Below are positions 26,830 through 36,249 of a stretch of DNA of 64,000 bases, one piece after another. This DNA is from a virus (Duplodnaviria > Caudoviricetes), in the IMG/VR virus record IMGVR_UViG_3300037784_000034, positions 181-64,180 of that record; one strand, written 5' to 3'. A program made the position numbers and the translations under genes. The notes under the pieces were generated by a model. It had not been told where the DNA came from. It was given only the letters and a program-made list of their open reading frames with translations, and searched no databases. Position 1 is the first letter of the stretch; every line of letters begins with the position of its first letter.

Positions 26830-27602
26830 TGACATACCGTGCCGGAGATCCTGACTTTGAGCAGGTCAGGGAGCGATTTTATGCGATGGTGAGGCGGCAT
26901 TTTTCTGATCCGATCGACACTGCACGCACGAAGAAGGTGGCCAAGAAAAAAACAGGAAAGAAGCAGAAGTCCACAAAATTGGTCATGGAGATAGATGGGC
27001 GGCCGGTCGAGATCGAGAAGTACGGAAACGCTGGGATAGCAAGTTACAGAAACAACGCGGCCGATGCCATGCAGTGGTTCATCAACGGGAGCCACCATAA
27101 TTCACGCATTGAAGGCCCTCGCACCGACAAGGCAATCGAAATCGCATGGGCGGAAGGCCGGACCAGAGCCAACACTGCAGCCAGGTTGGCGGATCTGTTT
27201 GAAAAGGCGGAACTGACGCCACTGAGGAGCCCCGATTACGAATCCGTCCCCGGCGGGTCATCCGGTCCGCGCTTTGTCGGCAACAGCAAACTGACCTGCA
27301 TGATGGTGATCCAGGATTTGCGGCGGGAAATCCCCCCGACATGCACGCAACTCCTTGAGGCAGTGATTTGCCGGAATGAGGCGCCATGGCATGGCCTCGG
27401 CAAGACGGCGGCCCAGCGTGTCTATCAGGATCTGCGCATGGCCCTCGACTTTGCGGCGTGGGCGTTGGACAGGCGGCATACGAAGGCGGAGGTGTCAGAG
27501 GTGGAGCTGGTGCAGCGTTGGCCGCAGGCCGCGGAATGGTTTACTGCAGCCCGCCTGGCCGGTAAGACGCAGCGGTTCCGTATGGACAGGCCGCCCTCAT
27601 AG
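26829..27602 (+). CDS. putative late-transcription regulator (Q-like position)
   Basis: Last gene of rightward operon; LLEAVIC..DLRMALD pattern; function inferred. Confidence 0.45.
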   Translation: MTYRAGDPDFEQVRERFYAMVRRHFSDPIDTARTKKVAKKKTGKKQKSTKLVMEIDGRPVEIEKYGNAGIASYRNNAADAMQWFINGSHHNSRIEGPRTDKAIEIAWAEGRTRANTAARLADLFEKAELTPLRSPDYESVPGGSSGPRFVGNSKLTCMMVIQDLRREIPPTCTQLLEAVICRNEAPWHGLGKTAAQRVYQDLRMALDFAAWALDRRHTKAEVSEVELVQRWPQAAEWFTAARLAGKTQRFRMDRPPS

Positions 27603-27950
27603 AAAAACGCCAAACCAGCGCCAGAGCAGCCTGTTAATCCGGCCCAATGGCTTGCCTTGCTGGCGCTCGACCTGGTCGAGGAATTCCGCATCGACACCGC
27701 GCCCAATATCTTTCGGCATGTCGGAGAACTTTACCTCCTCCACCATCCGCATGTATCCCTCGAAAAGCTCCGGCCGGCTGAATCTGTAGACCAACCGCGC
27801 CCGTTTTCCGATCTCTGCCTTGGCGTCGGTGAACGTCCGGCCGTGCCGCATCAGATCGGCGATGGCCTCGGTGGCGTGAAGCCTGACTTCATGGGCGGAC
27901 ATCACCTCCCAGCGCTGAAGTCCGAGCGCGTTGTTGCGCCAGCCGGTCAT
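27597..27950 (-). CDS. hypothetical protein
   Basis: Terminal ORF of leftward operon; coupled. Confidence 0.55.
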   Translation of the reverse strand: MTGWRNNALGLQRWEVMSAHEVRLHATEAIADLMRHGRTFTDAKAEIGKRARLVYRFSRPELFEGYMRMVEEVKFSDMPKDIGRGVDAEFLDQVERQQGKPLGRINRLLWRWFGVFL

Positions 27951-28231
27951 GCCATCACCATGTTGTGCTTAGCGGCGAACGCGGCGGATTTCTCCAAGAT
28001 CACCTGGTTCATTCCCTTGACGAAAGCGATGGCGGCCTTCTGGCGCCTGAACCCCTTCTGCGTCCAGCCGGATCGCGCAGGCCCACCAGTTGATGGACTC
28101 CAATAGACCCCTGGCAGGCGCAGAGCATAGCCCCATTTACATGTCGCGATTTCCCCGGCGAACCTACCATCGATCTCGATAAGAACGATCCCGCCCCGAA
28201 CGCGCTTCCGTTGAAAGGTGAGGGCGCTCAT
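27947..28231 (-). CDS. hypothetical protein
   Basis: MSALTFQ start, GGAG RBS, ATGA overlap. Confidence 0.6.
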   Translation of the reverse strand: MSALTFQRKRVRGGIVLIEIDGRFAGEIATCKWGYALRLPGVYWSPSTGGPARSGWTQKGFRRQKAAIAFVKGMNQVILEKSAAFAAKHNMVMA

Positions 28232-28479
28232 GCCGAATTCTCCTCGATATAGAAATTGACGACATCGAAGGCTGTTTCGAGCCCGCCAGGAAGCTTCAGA
28301 AGTGCCAACAGAACCGGAATGTGCGGCGGGATGTCCTTTACATCTTCCAGCCATAACAGAACGTTCTCATAGCGCGCCCCGGAGATCCTGGAGAGTTGCC
28401 CGGCTGTGATCCCAAGGGCGCTCAAGTCTTCCGACATGTCCTTGCCCGTCATCCGGGCGTATTTGTAGCGGGTGACCAT
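28228..28479 (-). CDS. XRE-like HTH protein
   Basis: LSALGITAGQLSRISGARYENVLLW; preceded by hairpin element. Confidence 0.65.
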   Translation of the reverse strand: MVTRYKYARMTGKDMSEDLSALGITAGQLSRISGARYENVLLWLEDVKDIPPHIPVLLALLKLPGGLETAFDVVNFYIEENSA

Positions 28480-28568
28480 AGTGGTTCCTTTCATGGTTTG
28501 CACGATTGCGGTGGTTCTGATCATTGATTCCGGGCGACGGCTCACCGGTCAATGGTGGGTTGTGGAGT

Positions 28569-28787
28569 TCAGCCAAAGCCGTTGATGAAATGCTTCATCG
28601 CTTCTGGTGTGCTCAATTGCCCGCTCATCATCAAGCCCATGCCAAGCATGATAGCGGGATGGGCTTCGGTCTCCGGGTGCTTGCCGAGGTCGCTTACCAT
28701 CGATGTATAGGCACTCTGCAGGTCGCCGATGTTGATGTATTCGAGGGCGCGCGCCTTGCACCACTCAATATGTTCAGATCGCGTCAA
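28569..28787 (-). CDS. hypothetical protein
   Basis: TTG start after GGAGG; 72 aa. Confidence 0.7.
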   Translation of the reverse strand: MTRSEHIEWCKARALEYINIGDLQSAYTSMVSDLGKHPETEAHPAIMLGMGLMMSGQLSTPEAMKHFINGFG

Positions 28788-28820
28788 GTTCTACCTCCTT
28801 TTCATGGTGGCAGGCTGCAC

Positions 28821-28967
28821 TCAGATCCCGTGAAGGATCGAATAGGCGGCGTCGTAACCGTCCATCCGGCGGCCGATATTCGGGGCGAATTTGTAGAGCG
28901 TGCGGGACAGCTTGAGCGATCCGCGCATTTCCAAAATCGCGGTGATAACGCCGATTGCGTAATTCAT
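28821..28967 (-). CDS. 48-aa hypothetical protein
   Basis: MNYAIGVITAILE.., AGGAG RBS; below track cutoff. Confidence 0.5.
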   Translation of the reverse strand: MNYAIGVITAILEMRGSLKLSRTLYKFAPNIGRRMDGYDAAYSILHGI

Positions 28968-29044
28968 GGCTGTGTTCTCCTGTTCTGGTTGATCGGGTGG
29001 CGGCTATCGACCTGGTGGGTCGCGGGCGGATGGTGTGGGGGTCA

Positions 29045-29254
29045 TTACTGGCCCTTCCATTCTGCGACGAACGCCTCGGCCTTCTCCCGGCTGTCGAAAG
29101 ACCCAACCAACTCGCCGAACGGGCCTTCGGTGAACACCTGCCATTGTGTGGCTTCATGCTCAGCGCAATCGTCCCATCCATTGCCTTCGCCGTAAGGTTC
29201 GTTCGACGGGAAAATACCGACTGGAAGGTTCCTGTCTGCTTTCATGGTGTTCAT
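29045..29254 (-). CDS. hypothetical protein
   Basis: MNTMKAD start with GGAG RBS; in frame with upstream ORF. Confidence 0.6.
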   Translation of the reverse strand: MNTMKADRNLPVGIFPSNEPYGEGNGWDDCAEHEATQWQVFTEGPFGELVGSFDSREKAEAFVAEWKGQ

Positions 29255-29575
29255 ACCCGCTCTCCTTTCGCTTTCTGGATTGCATCGCGGATTACCCGCA
29301 GGATTTCGTCGGGCCGGGTCGCGCCCGGCTCGGGGCTGTCGGCCTCGGCTTGGAGCCAGTGCTCGGCCTGTTCGAGAGCCAAGCATGCCGTCCTTGCGGA
29401 TAGGCTGGACGGCCCGCGCCTTGATGGCCGGGTCTGCAAAATCCGGCCCGTGGCTCATGTAGCCAGACTGGTCATTGATCAGGGTCCGGACCTCACGGCG
29501 GGCCTGGGCGGCTGTCATCCAGGCCGGAGCGGAAATCGTGACAGACATGGTGATCTGCTTGCGCTTGGCTCTCAT
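29045..29575 (-). CDS. hypothetical ORF lacking own stop (reads through into 29045-29254)
   Basis: MRAKRKQ start at ATGA overlap; no stop before 29045. Confidence 0.4.
   Translation of the reverse strand: MRAKRKQITMSVTISAPAWMTAAQARREVRTLINDQSGYMSHGPDFADPAIKARAVQPIRKDGMLGSRTGRALAPSRGRQPRAGRDPARRNPAGNPRCNPESERRAGMNTMKADRNLPVGIFPSNEPYGEGNGWDDCAEHEATQWQVFTEGPFGELVGSFDSREKAEAFVAEWKGQ
29251..29382 (-). CDS. 43-aa hypothetical protein
   Basis: TTG start 8 nt after AAGGA; ALEQAEHWL..IRDAIQKAKG. Confidence 0.45.
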   Translation of the reverse strand: MALEQAEHWLQAEADSPEPGATRPDEILRVIRDAIQKAKGERV

Positions 29576-30618
29576 GCTGCACCGCCTTCCGCGCCGTTGA
29601 CCTTTGACGCGACCCATTCCTGGTAGCTCTGGCGGGTGTCGCCGTTGGCAACCTCGGTCTGCCAGTCTTCGACCGGCAATTCGGTGTGACTGTCCCAATG
29701 GTGTGAAACAATCACCCCGTTTTTCATCAGGGCAACGCCAGGACTCTTGGCGGGATCAATTGCGAGGACAACGGTATCGGCGGGTGTCGGTGCTGCACCG
29801 CCTTCCGCCTTGGCAATTGCCGCCCGTACCTGTTCGAGCGCTGTCTCGAACATCGAGGCTTCGGGATCATCCCCCAGCACCTCGGCGAGACGGTCCTCTG
29901 CTTCCTTCAGGGCGTCGAGCATGGCTTGGGCCGCATCTTCAATTCGGGCAATCCGCTCTGCCTCGTCGTACGAGAAGTCTGCCCGTACCAGCCGAGCGCA
30001 ATCACGCACGACGACAGCGTCTTCATCGCAGCCTGTGCAATCAGCTTCATCATCAAGCGCCTTGGCAATTCGCTCACGTTCCTTGAGGATATCGTCCGCT
30101 GCATCGCGCACCGGGTCGGGTGTGCCTCCTTCGATCAGCCGCTCGCTGATCTCGACGTAGCAGTGGGCCGCGCCGTGGTATTCCTGGAGATGTTCGATCT
30201 CGGCGCTCCATGAGTTCGGCTTCGCGGTCTGATCCCATCCCTGATCGCCCAGCATGATGTTGACCATGGAGGCGGCCTCGATGTCTGCGTCCCGACGACT
30301 GGTGAACAGTTTCAGAGCGCGGCCCGGGACGCTGAAATGCTCGGCCTCGACCACATAGACCTTGCCGGTCGCGTCGGTGGGCACAAGCTTGCTCTCGCTG
30401 GCAAGGCCGTAGAGCGACACCGGAGGCGACATGACCGCGCCATCGGCAAAATCGTAGAGCTTGATGTCACGAGCGGCGAGTTCAAGGCCCTCGGAACTTT
30501 CGCGGCTTCCGGCCTGTTCTGCGACAATTGCCTCGGCGGCTTCCTCGCTCTCGGCATCCACATAGATTGTGGCGCACAGCCACACTTCGACGCCGTGGGA
30601 TTCGGTTTCATTGGTCAT
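29572..30618 (-). CDS. mosaic multi-domain hypothetical protein
   Basis: 348 aa, acidic; preceded by hairpin element. Confidence 0.75.
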   Translation of the reverse strand: MTNETESHGVEVWLCATIYVDAESEEAAEAIVAEQAGSRESSEGLELAARDIKLYDFADGAVMSPPVSLYGLASESKLVPTDATGKVYVVEAEHFSVPGRALKLFTSRRDADIEAASMVNIMLGDQGWDQTAKPNSWSAEIEHLQEYHGAAHCYVEISERLIEGGTPDPVRDAADDILKERERIAKALDDEADCTGCDEDAVVVRDCARLVRADFSYDEAERIARIEDAAQAMLDALKEAEDRLAEVLGDDPEASMFETALEQVRAAIAKAEGGAAPTPADTVVLAIDPAKSPGVALMKNGVIVSHHWDSHTELPVEDWQTEVANGDTRQSYQEWVASKVNGAEGGAA

Positions 30619-30653
30619 CGTGTTTTCCTTTCTCGGTTGCCACAATTGGCGGG

Positions 30654-30995
30654 TTATTCGTCGTCGTTGTCCCATTCGTAGACGGGCAAGCCGTCGATCT
30701 CTGGCCCGTCGCTGTCGAACAGGATGTAGTGACAGTCGTGAGCGTGGGCATGGCGGATAACCGGGTGCAAATCCTCCGGGATCCCGTTGTCGATACCGCC
30801 GTCTTCCTGGAGTGCGGGGGCGTGCATGAACCAGCCGTTGAGCGTTGCGCCCAAGGTGCTGATTGCCGCACCATTGCCGAAACCGTGGTAGCTGACTGCA
30901 TGGTTCAGCGTGGCGCTTTCCGAGACCCAGAGCCGGGCAGCCGGTGACAGATGCGCCGTTGAGGCGTCGAGGAACTTGCGGACGTGATCAGCCAT
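30654..30995 (-). CDS. DUF5983-like protein
   Basis: LDASTAHL, GWFMH, IPEDL, YILFDSDG..LPVYEW. Confidence 0.7.
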   Translation of the reverse strand: MADHVRKFLDASTAHLSPAARLWVSESATLNHAVSYHGFGNGAAISTLGATLNGWFMHAPALQEDGGIDNGIPEDLHPVIRHAHAHDCHYILFDSDGPEIDGLPVYEWDNDDE

Positions 30996-31219
30996 CAGAC
31001 TGCCTCCCCATCGACTTCAATGAGTTCGTCGTTCTCCGGGTCATCAAGCGAAACCTCGCAAGTGATCGGATCGCCATTCGGCCATGCGCCCAGGTTGGCG
31101 TCCGCCGCGTCAATGTGATCTTTCAGCATCTGCCGGGCTTCGGCCTCGCTGGTGGCCTTGACGCGGATCGCCGCAAAGAGTTTCACGTCAAAGGCGTATT
31201 CGTGGGTTTCGGGTGGCAT
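30995..31219 (-). CDS. hypothetical protein
   Basis: 74 aa; preceded by hairpin element. Confidence 0.7.
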   Translation of the reverse strand: MPPETHEYAFDVKLFAAIRVKATSEAEARQMLKDHIDAADANLGAWPNGDPITCEVSLDDPENDELIEVDGEAV

Positions 31220-31342
31220 TGTCGGTTTCCTTTTCGGTTCTCACAGTTGAGGGGATAGGGCCGGACCGCCCGCCGTTGCCGACGCATTGTCCGGTTTTGC
31301 AGCGCCCGGGACTTCCCGGGCCGTGGCGGTTTGAGGTGCCGA

Positions 31343-32548
31343 CTAGACCCGCATCGGCATAAGAACGCCGGTCCAGCCTTCAATCGAGCCGGTGAAAAGC
31401 GTGGGGCTTCCGCTGTCGCTGAATTTGGCCGTGATCGGCTCGCCCTTGCCAGCGCCAACCGCGATCATGTCCGCGAAGTATGAGCCATTGAAACCGATTT
31501 CGAGCGGGTCGCTTTCATAGGAGCATGCAACATCGGCATGGGCGGTCCCGGCGTCCGGATTGTTGACGGTCAACGCCGCGCTTCCTTCCGACAACTGGAA
31601 CTTGACAGCCCGGCCACGCTCAGAAGAAACCAGCGACACGGCGCGCACGGCTTCGGCCAGCGTGTCGGCATCGAACACCGCGACCTTGTCATTGCCGGTC
31701 GGAATAACCCGGTTGTAATCCGGGAAGGTGCCGTCAACCAGCTTCGTGGTCATGGTGACGTGAAAGCCGGAATGCTGCCAGGTGAACCGGGCCTTGGCTT
31801 CGGTGACCTCGATGCTGATCTGATCGGGGCACGCCTTGCCCCTCAGGAGCTTGTGCAAGAGCGTGATGGCCTTCCGGGGTATGATCACTCCGGGCATTGC
31901 TTCCGCGCCCTCAGGCAGCGCCATGACGCGACGGTAAAGCCGGTGCCCATCGGTCGCCACCATGATGAAATCGCCCTGGTACTCGTGAAAGAACATGCCA
32001 TTCAGATAATACCGGTCTTTCTCAGTCGATATCGCACCCATGACGGAATTGATCCCGTCCAGAATCGCCGGGCCGGTCATGGTGAAAGAGCGATAGGTCG
32101 AATCCGTTTCGCCGTCACGATCAAGCGGCGACGGGCCGCGAAGCGTCGGGAAGTCCGAACCGGGCAGGGCCTGCATGGTGTAGTTGACCCGCTCGAAATC
32201 GAGATTGACCGAATCCTGGTCATCATCGCGGTTGTGGGTGATCGAGACGTAATCGCTTGCCGTGGCCTTTTTCAGGAAATCGCGGAAATCGACCGCCGGA
32301 ATGGTGGTGTCAAGCCGGGAATCGGCGGCGGCGGGGATGGCGGCGACGAGTTCGAGATCTTCATCTGTACCGGTCACGAAAAGCGTTTGTCCGTCACCCT
32401 GCAGACGGCAATTGGCAAGAACGGGGATTGTGTTCCGGCGCTGGATGGCATTGGCGACGATATCGAGCGCCTGGGTAAGGCTGGCACGTTCTGCAATGGC
32501 GCTCGGAGCGGTGGCGGCGATGATTGCGGCGTTGTTCTGCATGGTCAT
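31343..32548 (-). CDS. dnaN: DNA polymerase III beta sliding clamp
   Basis: RNTIPVLAN, GTD, RYYLNG, VATDGHRL, LVDGTFPDYNRVIP, IGFN, LMPMRV. Confidence 0.93.
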   Translation of the reverse strand: MTMQNNAAIIAATAPSAIAERASLTQALDIVANAIQRRNTIPVLANCRLQGDGQTLFVTGTDEDLELVAAIPAAADSRLDTTIPAVDFRDFLKKATASDYVSITHNRDDDQDSVNLDFERVNYTMQALPGSDFPTLRGPSPLDRDGETDSTYRSFTMTGPAILDGINSVMGAISTEKDRYYLNGMFFHEYQGDFIMVATDGHRLYRRVMALPEGAEAMPGVIIPRKAITLLHKLLRGKACPDQISIEVTEAKARFTWQHSGFHVTMTTKLVDGTFPDYNRVIPTGNDKVAVFDADTLAEAVRAVSLVSSERGRAVKFQLSEGSAALTVNNPDAGTAHADVACSYESDPLEIGFNGSYFADMIAVGAGKGEPITAKFSDSGSPTLFTGSIEGWTGVLMPMRV

Positions 32549-32636
32549 TCTGAATTCCTTTTCTGGTTGTCACAATTGACGGTGGCGCGATTGCACCGGA
32601 ATCCGGCCCGAAGGCCGGTAACCGCTGAAATCCGGC

Positions 32637-33188
32637 CTATGCGGCCCGGCGCTTGGCTTCGGCCTTCATGTCGACTTCCCATTGCTGGACAATCTCGACA
32701 TATCGCCGACCGTTACGGCGCTTCGTCTTGATCCGCTTTTCGGTGTGAGCTGTCGCCCATTCCCGGCGCGTTTCGGTTTGAGCTTGGACCCTGGATTCGC
32801 GCGCCATCTTGTAGAGCGTGTAAAGCAAGGCATATTGCAGCCGCTCCGGAAGCGCGGTTATGTGGTCGGCCAGGTCGCCGCCGTCATAGAAGGACGGCAC
32901 GCGCCACACTTCCCGCCCGCCGCCGTGGTGAACCAGCAAATAAAAATCCCGGTCATTCGCCTGTTTTGCGAGCTTGATTGCGTGGCTGTCATAGGTCACG
33001 CCGGGGCTGCCATCCTTGCGCGGAAAATGGCGGGATTCGCGAGCTTTCTTGCCAAATGCGGATTCCCATTCGTCGCCGTTCTGGTGCAACGGCGCGGCGA
33101 TGATTTCGAAGCCGTCGAATGCTTCGCAGCGGCCTTTTTCGCTATGGTTTTCGTAGCCGTGGCCGGTCCTGATAAGCACATCTTGCAT
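32637..33188 (-). CDS. hypothetical protein
   Basis: MQDVLIR start; preceded by hairpin element. Confidence 0.7.
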   Translation of the reverse strand: MQDVLIRTGHGYENHSEKGRCEAFDGFEIIAAPLHQNGDEWESAFGKKARESRHFPRKDGSPGVTYDSHAIKLAKQANDRDFYLLVHHGGGREVWRVPSFYDGGDLADHITALPERLQYALLYTLYKMARESRVQAQTETRREWATAHTEKRIKTKRRNGRRYVEIVQQWEVDMKAEAKRRAA

Positions 33189-33228
33189 GGTCTGAATTCC
33201 TTTCCTTGATGGTCGCCACGATTGGCGG

Positions 33229-33330
33229 TTAAGAGATCCCCGCCGCGACCAGCACACAGGCCGCGACAAAGAGAGAGATTGAGACAAGAGCGGCGATGTC
33301 CTGAGCAAAGGCCTTGATGCGGGCGATCAT
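33229..33330 (-). CDS. 33-aa membrane peptide
   Basis: MIARIKAFAQDIAALVSISLFVAACVLVAAGIS; ATGA overlap. Confidence 0.5.
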   Translation of the reverse strand: MIARIKAFAQDIAALVSISLFVAACVLVAAGIS

Positions 33331-33599
33331 TCGATCACCTCGACAGCATCGACCGGCGCCCACACATAGTAGTGTTTCGAATCGTGCCCGAATATCGACC
33401 ATGTCCCGGCCTTGCCAGCGCTGCCAGCATCGCAAGAGGCGGGCGGAATGGCCCATTTATCGCCCTCGGTTCCGCTGGCATTCTCGATCAACTCAAGCCG
33501 GGTTCCGGCCTTGGCTTTGACTTCGTACCCGCGGCGGGGATCGCCGCCGCCGTTGAACATCACGGACACATCACGGGATAGGATGGCGCGCGGGCTCAT
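33327..33599 (-). CDS. hypothetical protein
   Basis: 90-aa coupled ORF. Confidence 0.65.
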   Translation of the reverse strand: MSPRAILSRDVSVMFNGGGDPRRGYEVKAKAGTRLELIENASGTEGDKWAIPPASCDAGSAGKAGTWSIFGHDSKHYYVWAPVDAVEVIE

Positions 33600-35614
33600 G
33601 CTTCACCCCTTTCCAGAACAACCAGAATAGAGGCGGTGCCGGTGCCGGATTCCTTGAACGATCCGGCGGGCAGGTCGATGCGTTCGCCGCCGTGATCGTC
33701 AAACCAGTCGCGGAATTCCTGCGATTTGCGATCCGACCGGAAAAACGGTCCCGGCGACATGACGGAAACCAGCCGACCGCCCGGCTTAAGCATGTCGAAT
33801 GCCCGCATGATGTGTTCCGCGTCCTGCCCCTTCTCAAAGGGCGGGTTCATCAACACGAAATCAAACGCGGTTCCCGGTTCAAATTCGGTGAAATCGGACC
33901 CGGCCAGGTTCGCGCCCTTGGCTCCCAGAATGTCCCGGAGCGTCCCCCACTTCTCGCATGCGGTTACGGTCGCCATCGGCCGGACTTCGGCCAAAGCGTC
34001 AATGATCGCACCATGTCCGGCGCTTGGCTCGAGCACGTCGCAAGCCGAATGGCTCGGGATGTCGGCAAGGTCAATCATTCGGTCGATGACCGCGCGCGGC
34101 GTCGGGAAATACCCGGGGATATTGGCGAACTTCAAGCCGTCGACCTTGCGGCGCAAGGCTTCCGCCTTTTCCTGTTCCGGATCATTGCCGCCGATCAGCG
34201 CCCAGATTGCGAGCGCTTCCGGCGTATCATGGCGCGGCTTGCCGGTGTCGAATCCGGCATCATAGTAACCGCCGGTGTGTTCGATCTTGGAGCGGGCAAG
34301 GTCGAGAATTGCCGCCTTAGTCCGGACGCTGGCCAGCGCTTCGGGCACGGTTCCGGCGTCGTGGTGATCTGCAAGCGCCCGCATTGCCTTTTGTGCCCGT
34401 TCAAGGTGCACGCCATCCATGCGCGCGCTTGCGGCTTCCCGTTGCTGTTTCGGCGTATTGGTTCGCCGGTCCGCGAATTTGTGGTCAATGTCCTTTTGCA
34501 GCCGGTCGGCCATTTCCCGGAGCTTGTCCGCAATCGGCGGCGCGGCCTTGGCAGGGGAAGCCGGCGCATTGTCCGGCGTTGCCTGGGTATCGCTTCCGCC
34601 CGCGAATGCTTCCGCATTGTCGCGGCTCTTGAAGGCAAAGCCGCCCGGTGTCTTTCCCCATGGCTTCGAATACCAGCCGCCAAGGCTCTTTGCATGGTCC
34701 AGCAAGCGCATGTATTCGGCGCGGTCGACACGCTCAGGCAAGATGCAAATGAACATCTGAAAGCCCTTTTTCGTGTGCGTGTGTTCTTCGATCCGGACGC
34801 CATCGAGCGCCGGGCCGCGATTGTGCCCGATCATGCCGGACTGTTGCGGCGTGGGCTCCGGCTTCGCTTCCGGCTCCGGGATTGACCATTCAGCCGGGAA
34901 GGGCAGGGATTTGACCGGATCAGCATCATAAAAGCGCTGTTTGGAAACCTGCCAGCCGGAGCGGTGCCGCCATTCCTTTTTGAGGTAATAGCCGCCGCCC
35001 ATTGAGTATTTTTCGCGGTGTTCGGCGGTGTCGGGCGCGTCGGCAAGATCGGCGGTTTCCGGGTGATGGCGTGCCGCTTGGCGCATTTCCGGGAAAAGGT
35101 CGCGGGTATGCTTGGAGAAAGCAAGAATGATCCGGCGCTTGACGGTCGATCCGAAGTAGTCGGATTGAGAATCGCAATCATCTTGCTTCAATTCAGCAAT
35201 GATGACGGCTTTTGCCCATGTCGGGATTTTGGCGCGATATTCATCCTGAAAGGCTTTCAGGTTTTCATTGTGCGCGATCCGGTCCCGCTCAAGTTTCGCG
35301 TGAAAATCGGCGCGTTTCTGCATGGCCTTTGCCAGCATTTCAGCCGCCATATTGTCGCCGATCGGCTCAAGCCGGTATTGCGCCGCGTCCCGGATCCAAT
35401 CAGCCGCGATACTGTCCGGAACTTCGGAGATTGTGAGATCTTCCCAAACGATTGTCAGCCTGGACCGGGTCGGAGTCATACCGCCGCCGCCGATCACGTA
35501 TGAGGGCACGTCCGGCGCTTCGACCTTCACAATATGGCCGCTCTGGCCTTGCGGTGACCAGTAAACGGCGGTTCCGACTGTCGCGGCGGTGGTGTTTTCG
35601 AGCGTGTTTTGCAT
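33596..35614 (-). CDS. multidomain N6-adenine DNA methyltransferase
   Basis: C-terminal YFPTP, VLEPSAGHG, VLMNPPF; about 490 aa of N-terminal domains. Confidence 0.85.
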   Translation of the reverse strand: MQNTLENTTAATVGTAVYWSPQGQSGHIVKVEAPDVPSYVIGGGGMTPTRSRLTIVWEDLTISEVPDSIAADWIRDAAQYRLEPIGDNMAAEMLAKAMQKRADFHAKLERDRIAHNENLKAFQDEYRAKIPTWAKAVIIAELKQDDCDSQSDYFGSTVKRRIILAFSKHTRDLFPEMRQAARHHPETADLADAPDTAEHREKYSMGGGYYLKKEWRHRSGWQVSKQRFYDADPVKSLPFPAEWSIPEPEAKPEPTPQQSGMIGHNRGPALDGVRIEEHTHTKKGFQMFICILPERVDRAEYMRLLDHAKSLGGWYSKPWGKTPGGFAFKSRDNAEAFAGGSDTQATPDNAPASPAKAAPPIADKLREMADRLQKDIDHKFADRRTNTPKQQREAASARMDGVHLERAQKAMRALADHHDAGTVPEALASVRTKAAILDLARSKIEHTGGYYDAGFDTGKPRHDTPEALAIWALIGGNDPEQEKAEALRRKVDGLKFANIPGYFPTPRAVIDRMIDLADIPSHSACDVLEPSAGHGAIIDALAEVRPMATVTACEKWGTLRDILGAKGANLAGSDFTEFEPGTAFDFVLMNPPFEKGQDAEHIMRAFDMLKPGGRLVSVMSPGPFFRSDRKSQEFRDWFDDHGGERIDLPAGSFKESGTGTASILVVLERGEA

Positions 35615-35675
35615 GTTCTCAGGTTCCTTTATTGGCGCTCACAATTGAGCTGGATTCTTCGGGGTGTGGTCTGGT

Positions 35676-35861
35676 TCAGGCGTTCTGAAAAGCTTCCATG
35701 CAAACGCGGTTGAATTCGCGTTCATGCATAGTCGCAAGCTGGTTATGGCTTGGCAGGGTATCCGCCCGGACTGTCCGGACAGTCATCGCCGCCTTGCACT
35801 CGATTTGAATGCCGCCGAATCCATCACTCCGGAGTCGCCATTTTTTGCTGTCGATGTCCAT
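35676..35861 (-). CDS. hypothetical protein
   Basis: 61 aa; GAGGAA RBS and hairpin element. Confidence 0.6.
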   Translation of the reverse strand: MDIDSKKWRLRSDGFGGIQIECKAAMTVRTVRADTLPSHNQLATMHEREFNRVCMEAFQNA

Positions 35862-35982
35862 TTTCAGTTCCTCAATTGGTGGCCACAATTGGCCTGTTAT
35901 CGGCTCTATCAGCCGGGAAACATCACCACGCGGTGAGGTCGCCGGGATGATAGGAGCGCGGCCCGGAAGCCGCGCGCCGGTG

Positions 35983-36246
35983 TCATGCGCGCCGGTTGCG
36001 CCGTTCGGCTCTAATTTCCTTGCGGAATTGCCGGACAAAGGACTCATTCGCGCCGCGCAACTGGTCGGCGGCGACTTCATAGGCATGACGCGCCGCCTTG
36101 AATTCAGGGGAGAACTTGACCGCGTCGGGTGTCAATCCATTCGGGCCGCGCGGGAATGATTGCAAGGCGGCGCTTGCGGCTTTCACGTCTGCCTCAATTT
36201 CGGCAATCCGGGCTTTTGCGGCTTCATAGGTCCAAGGGGCTGGCAT
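35983..36246 (-). CDS. hypothetical helical protein
   Basis: 87-aa ORF. Confidence 0.65.
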   Translation of the reverse strand: MPAPWTYEAAKARIAEIEADVKAASAALQSFPRGPNGLTPDAVKFSPEFKAARHAYEVAADQLRGANESFVRQFRKEIRAERRNRRA

Positions 36247-36249
36247 GGT

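Noticed and set aside
28795-28820. Degenerate hairpin copy (TTTCATGGTGGCAGGCTGCAC)
   Set aside because: Shares the flank of the 28495 and 36751 copies but lacks the CA-loop-TG core, so it was not counted
31538-34885. Long + strand ORFs (31538-32731, 33692-34885) and similar antisense ORFs elsewhere
   Set aside because: Shadow frames of GC-rich genes (dnaN, MTase); no motifs or RBS
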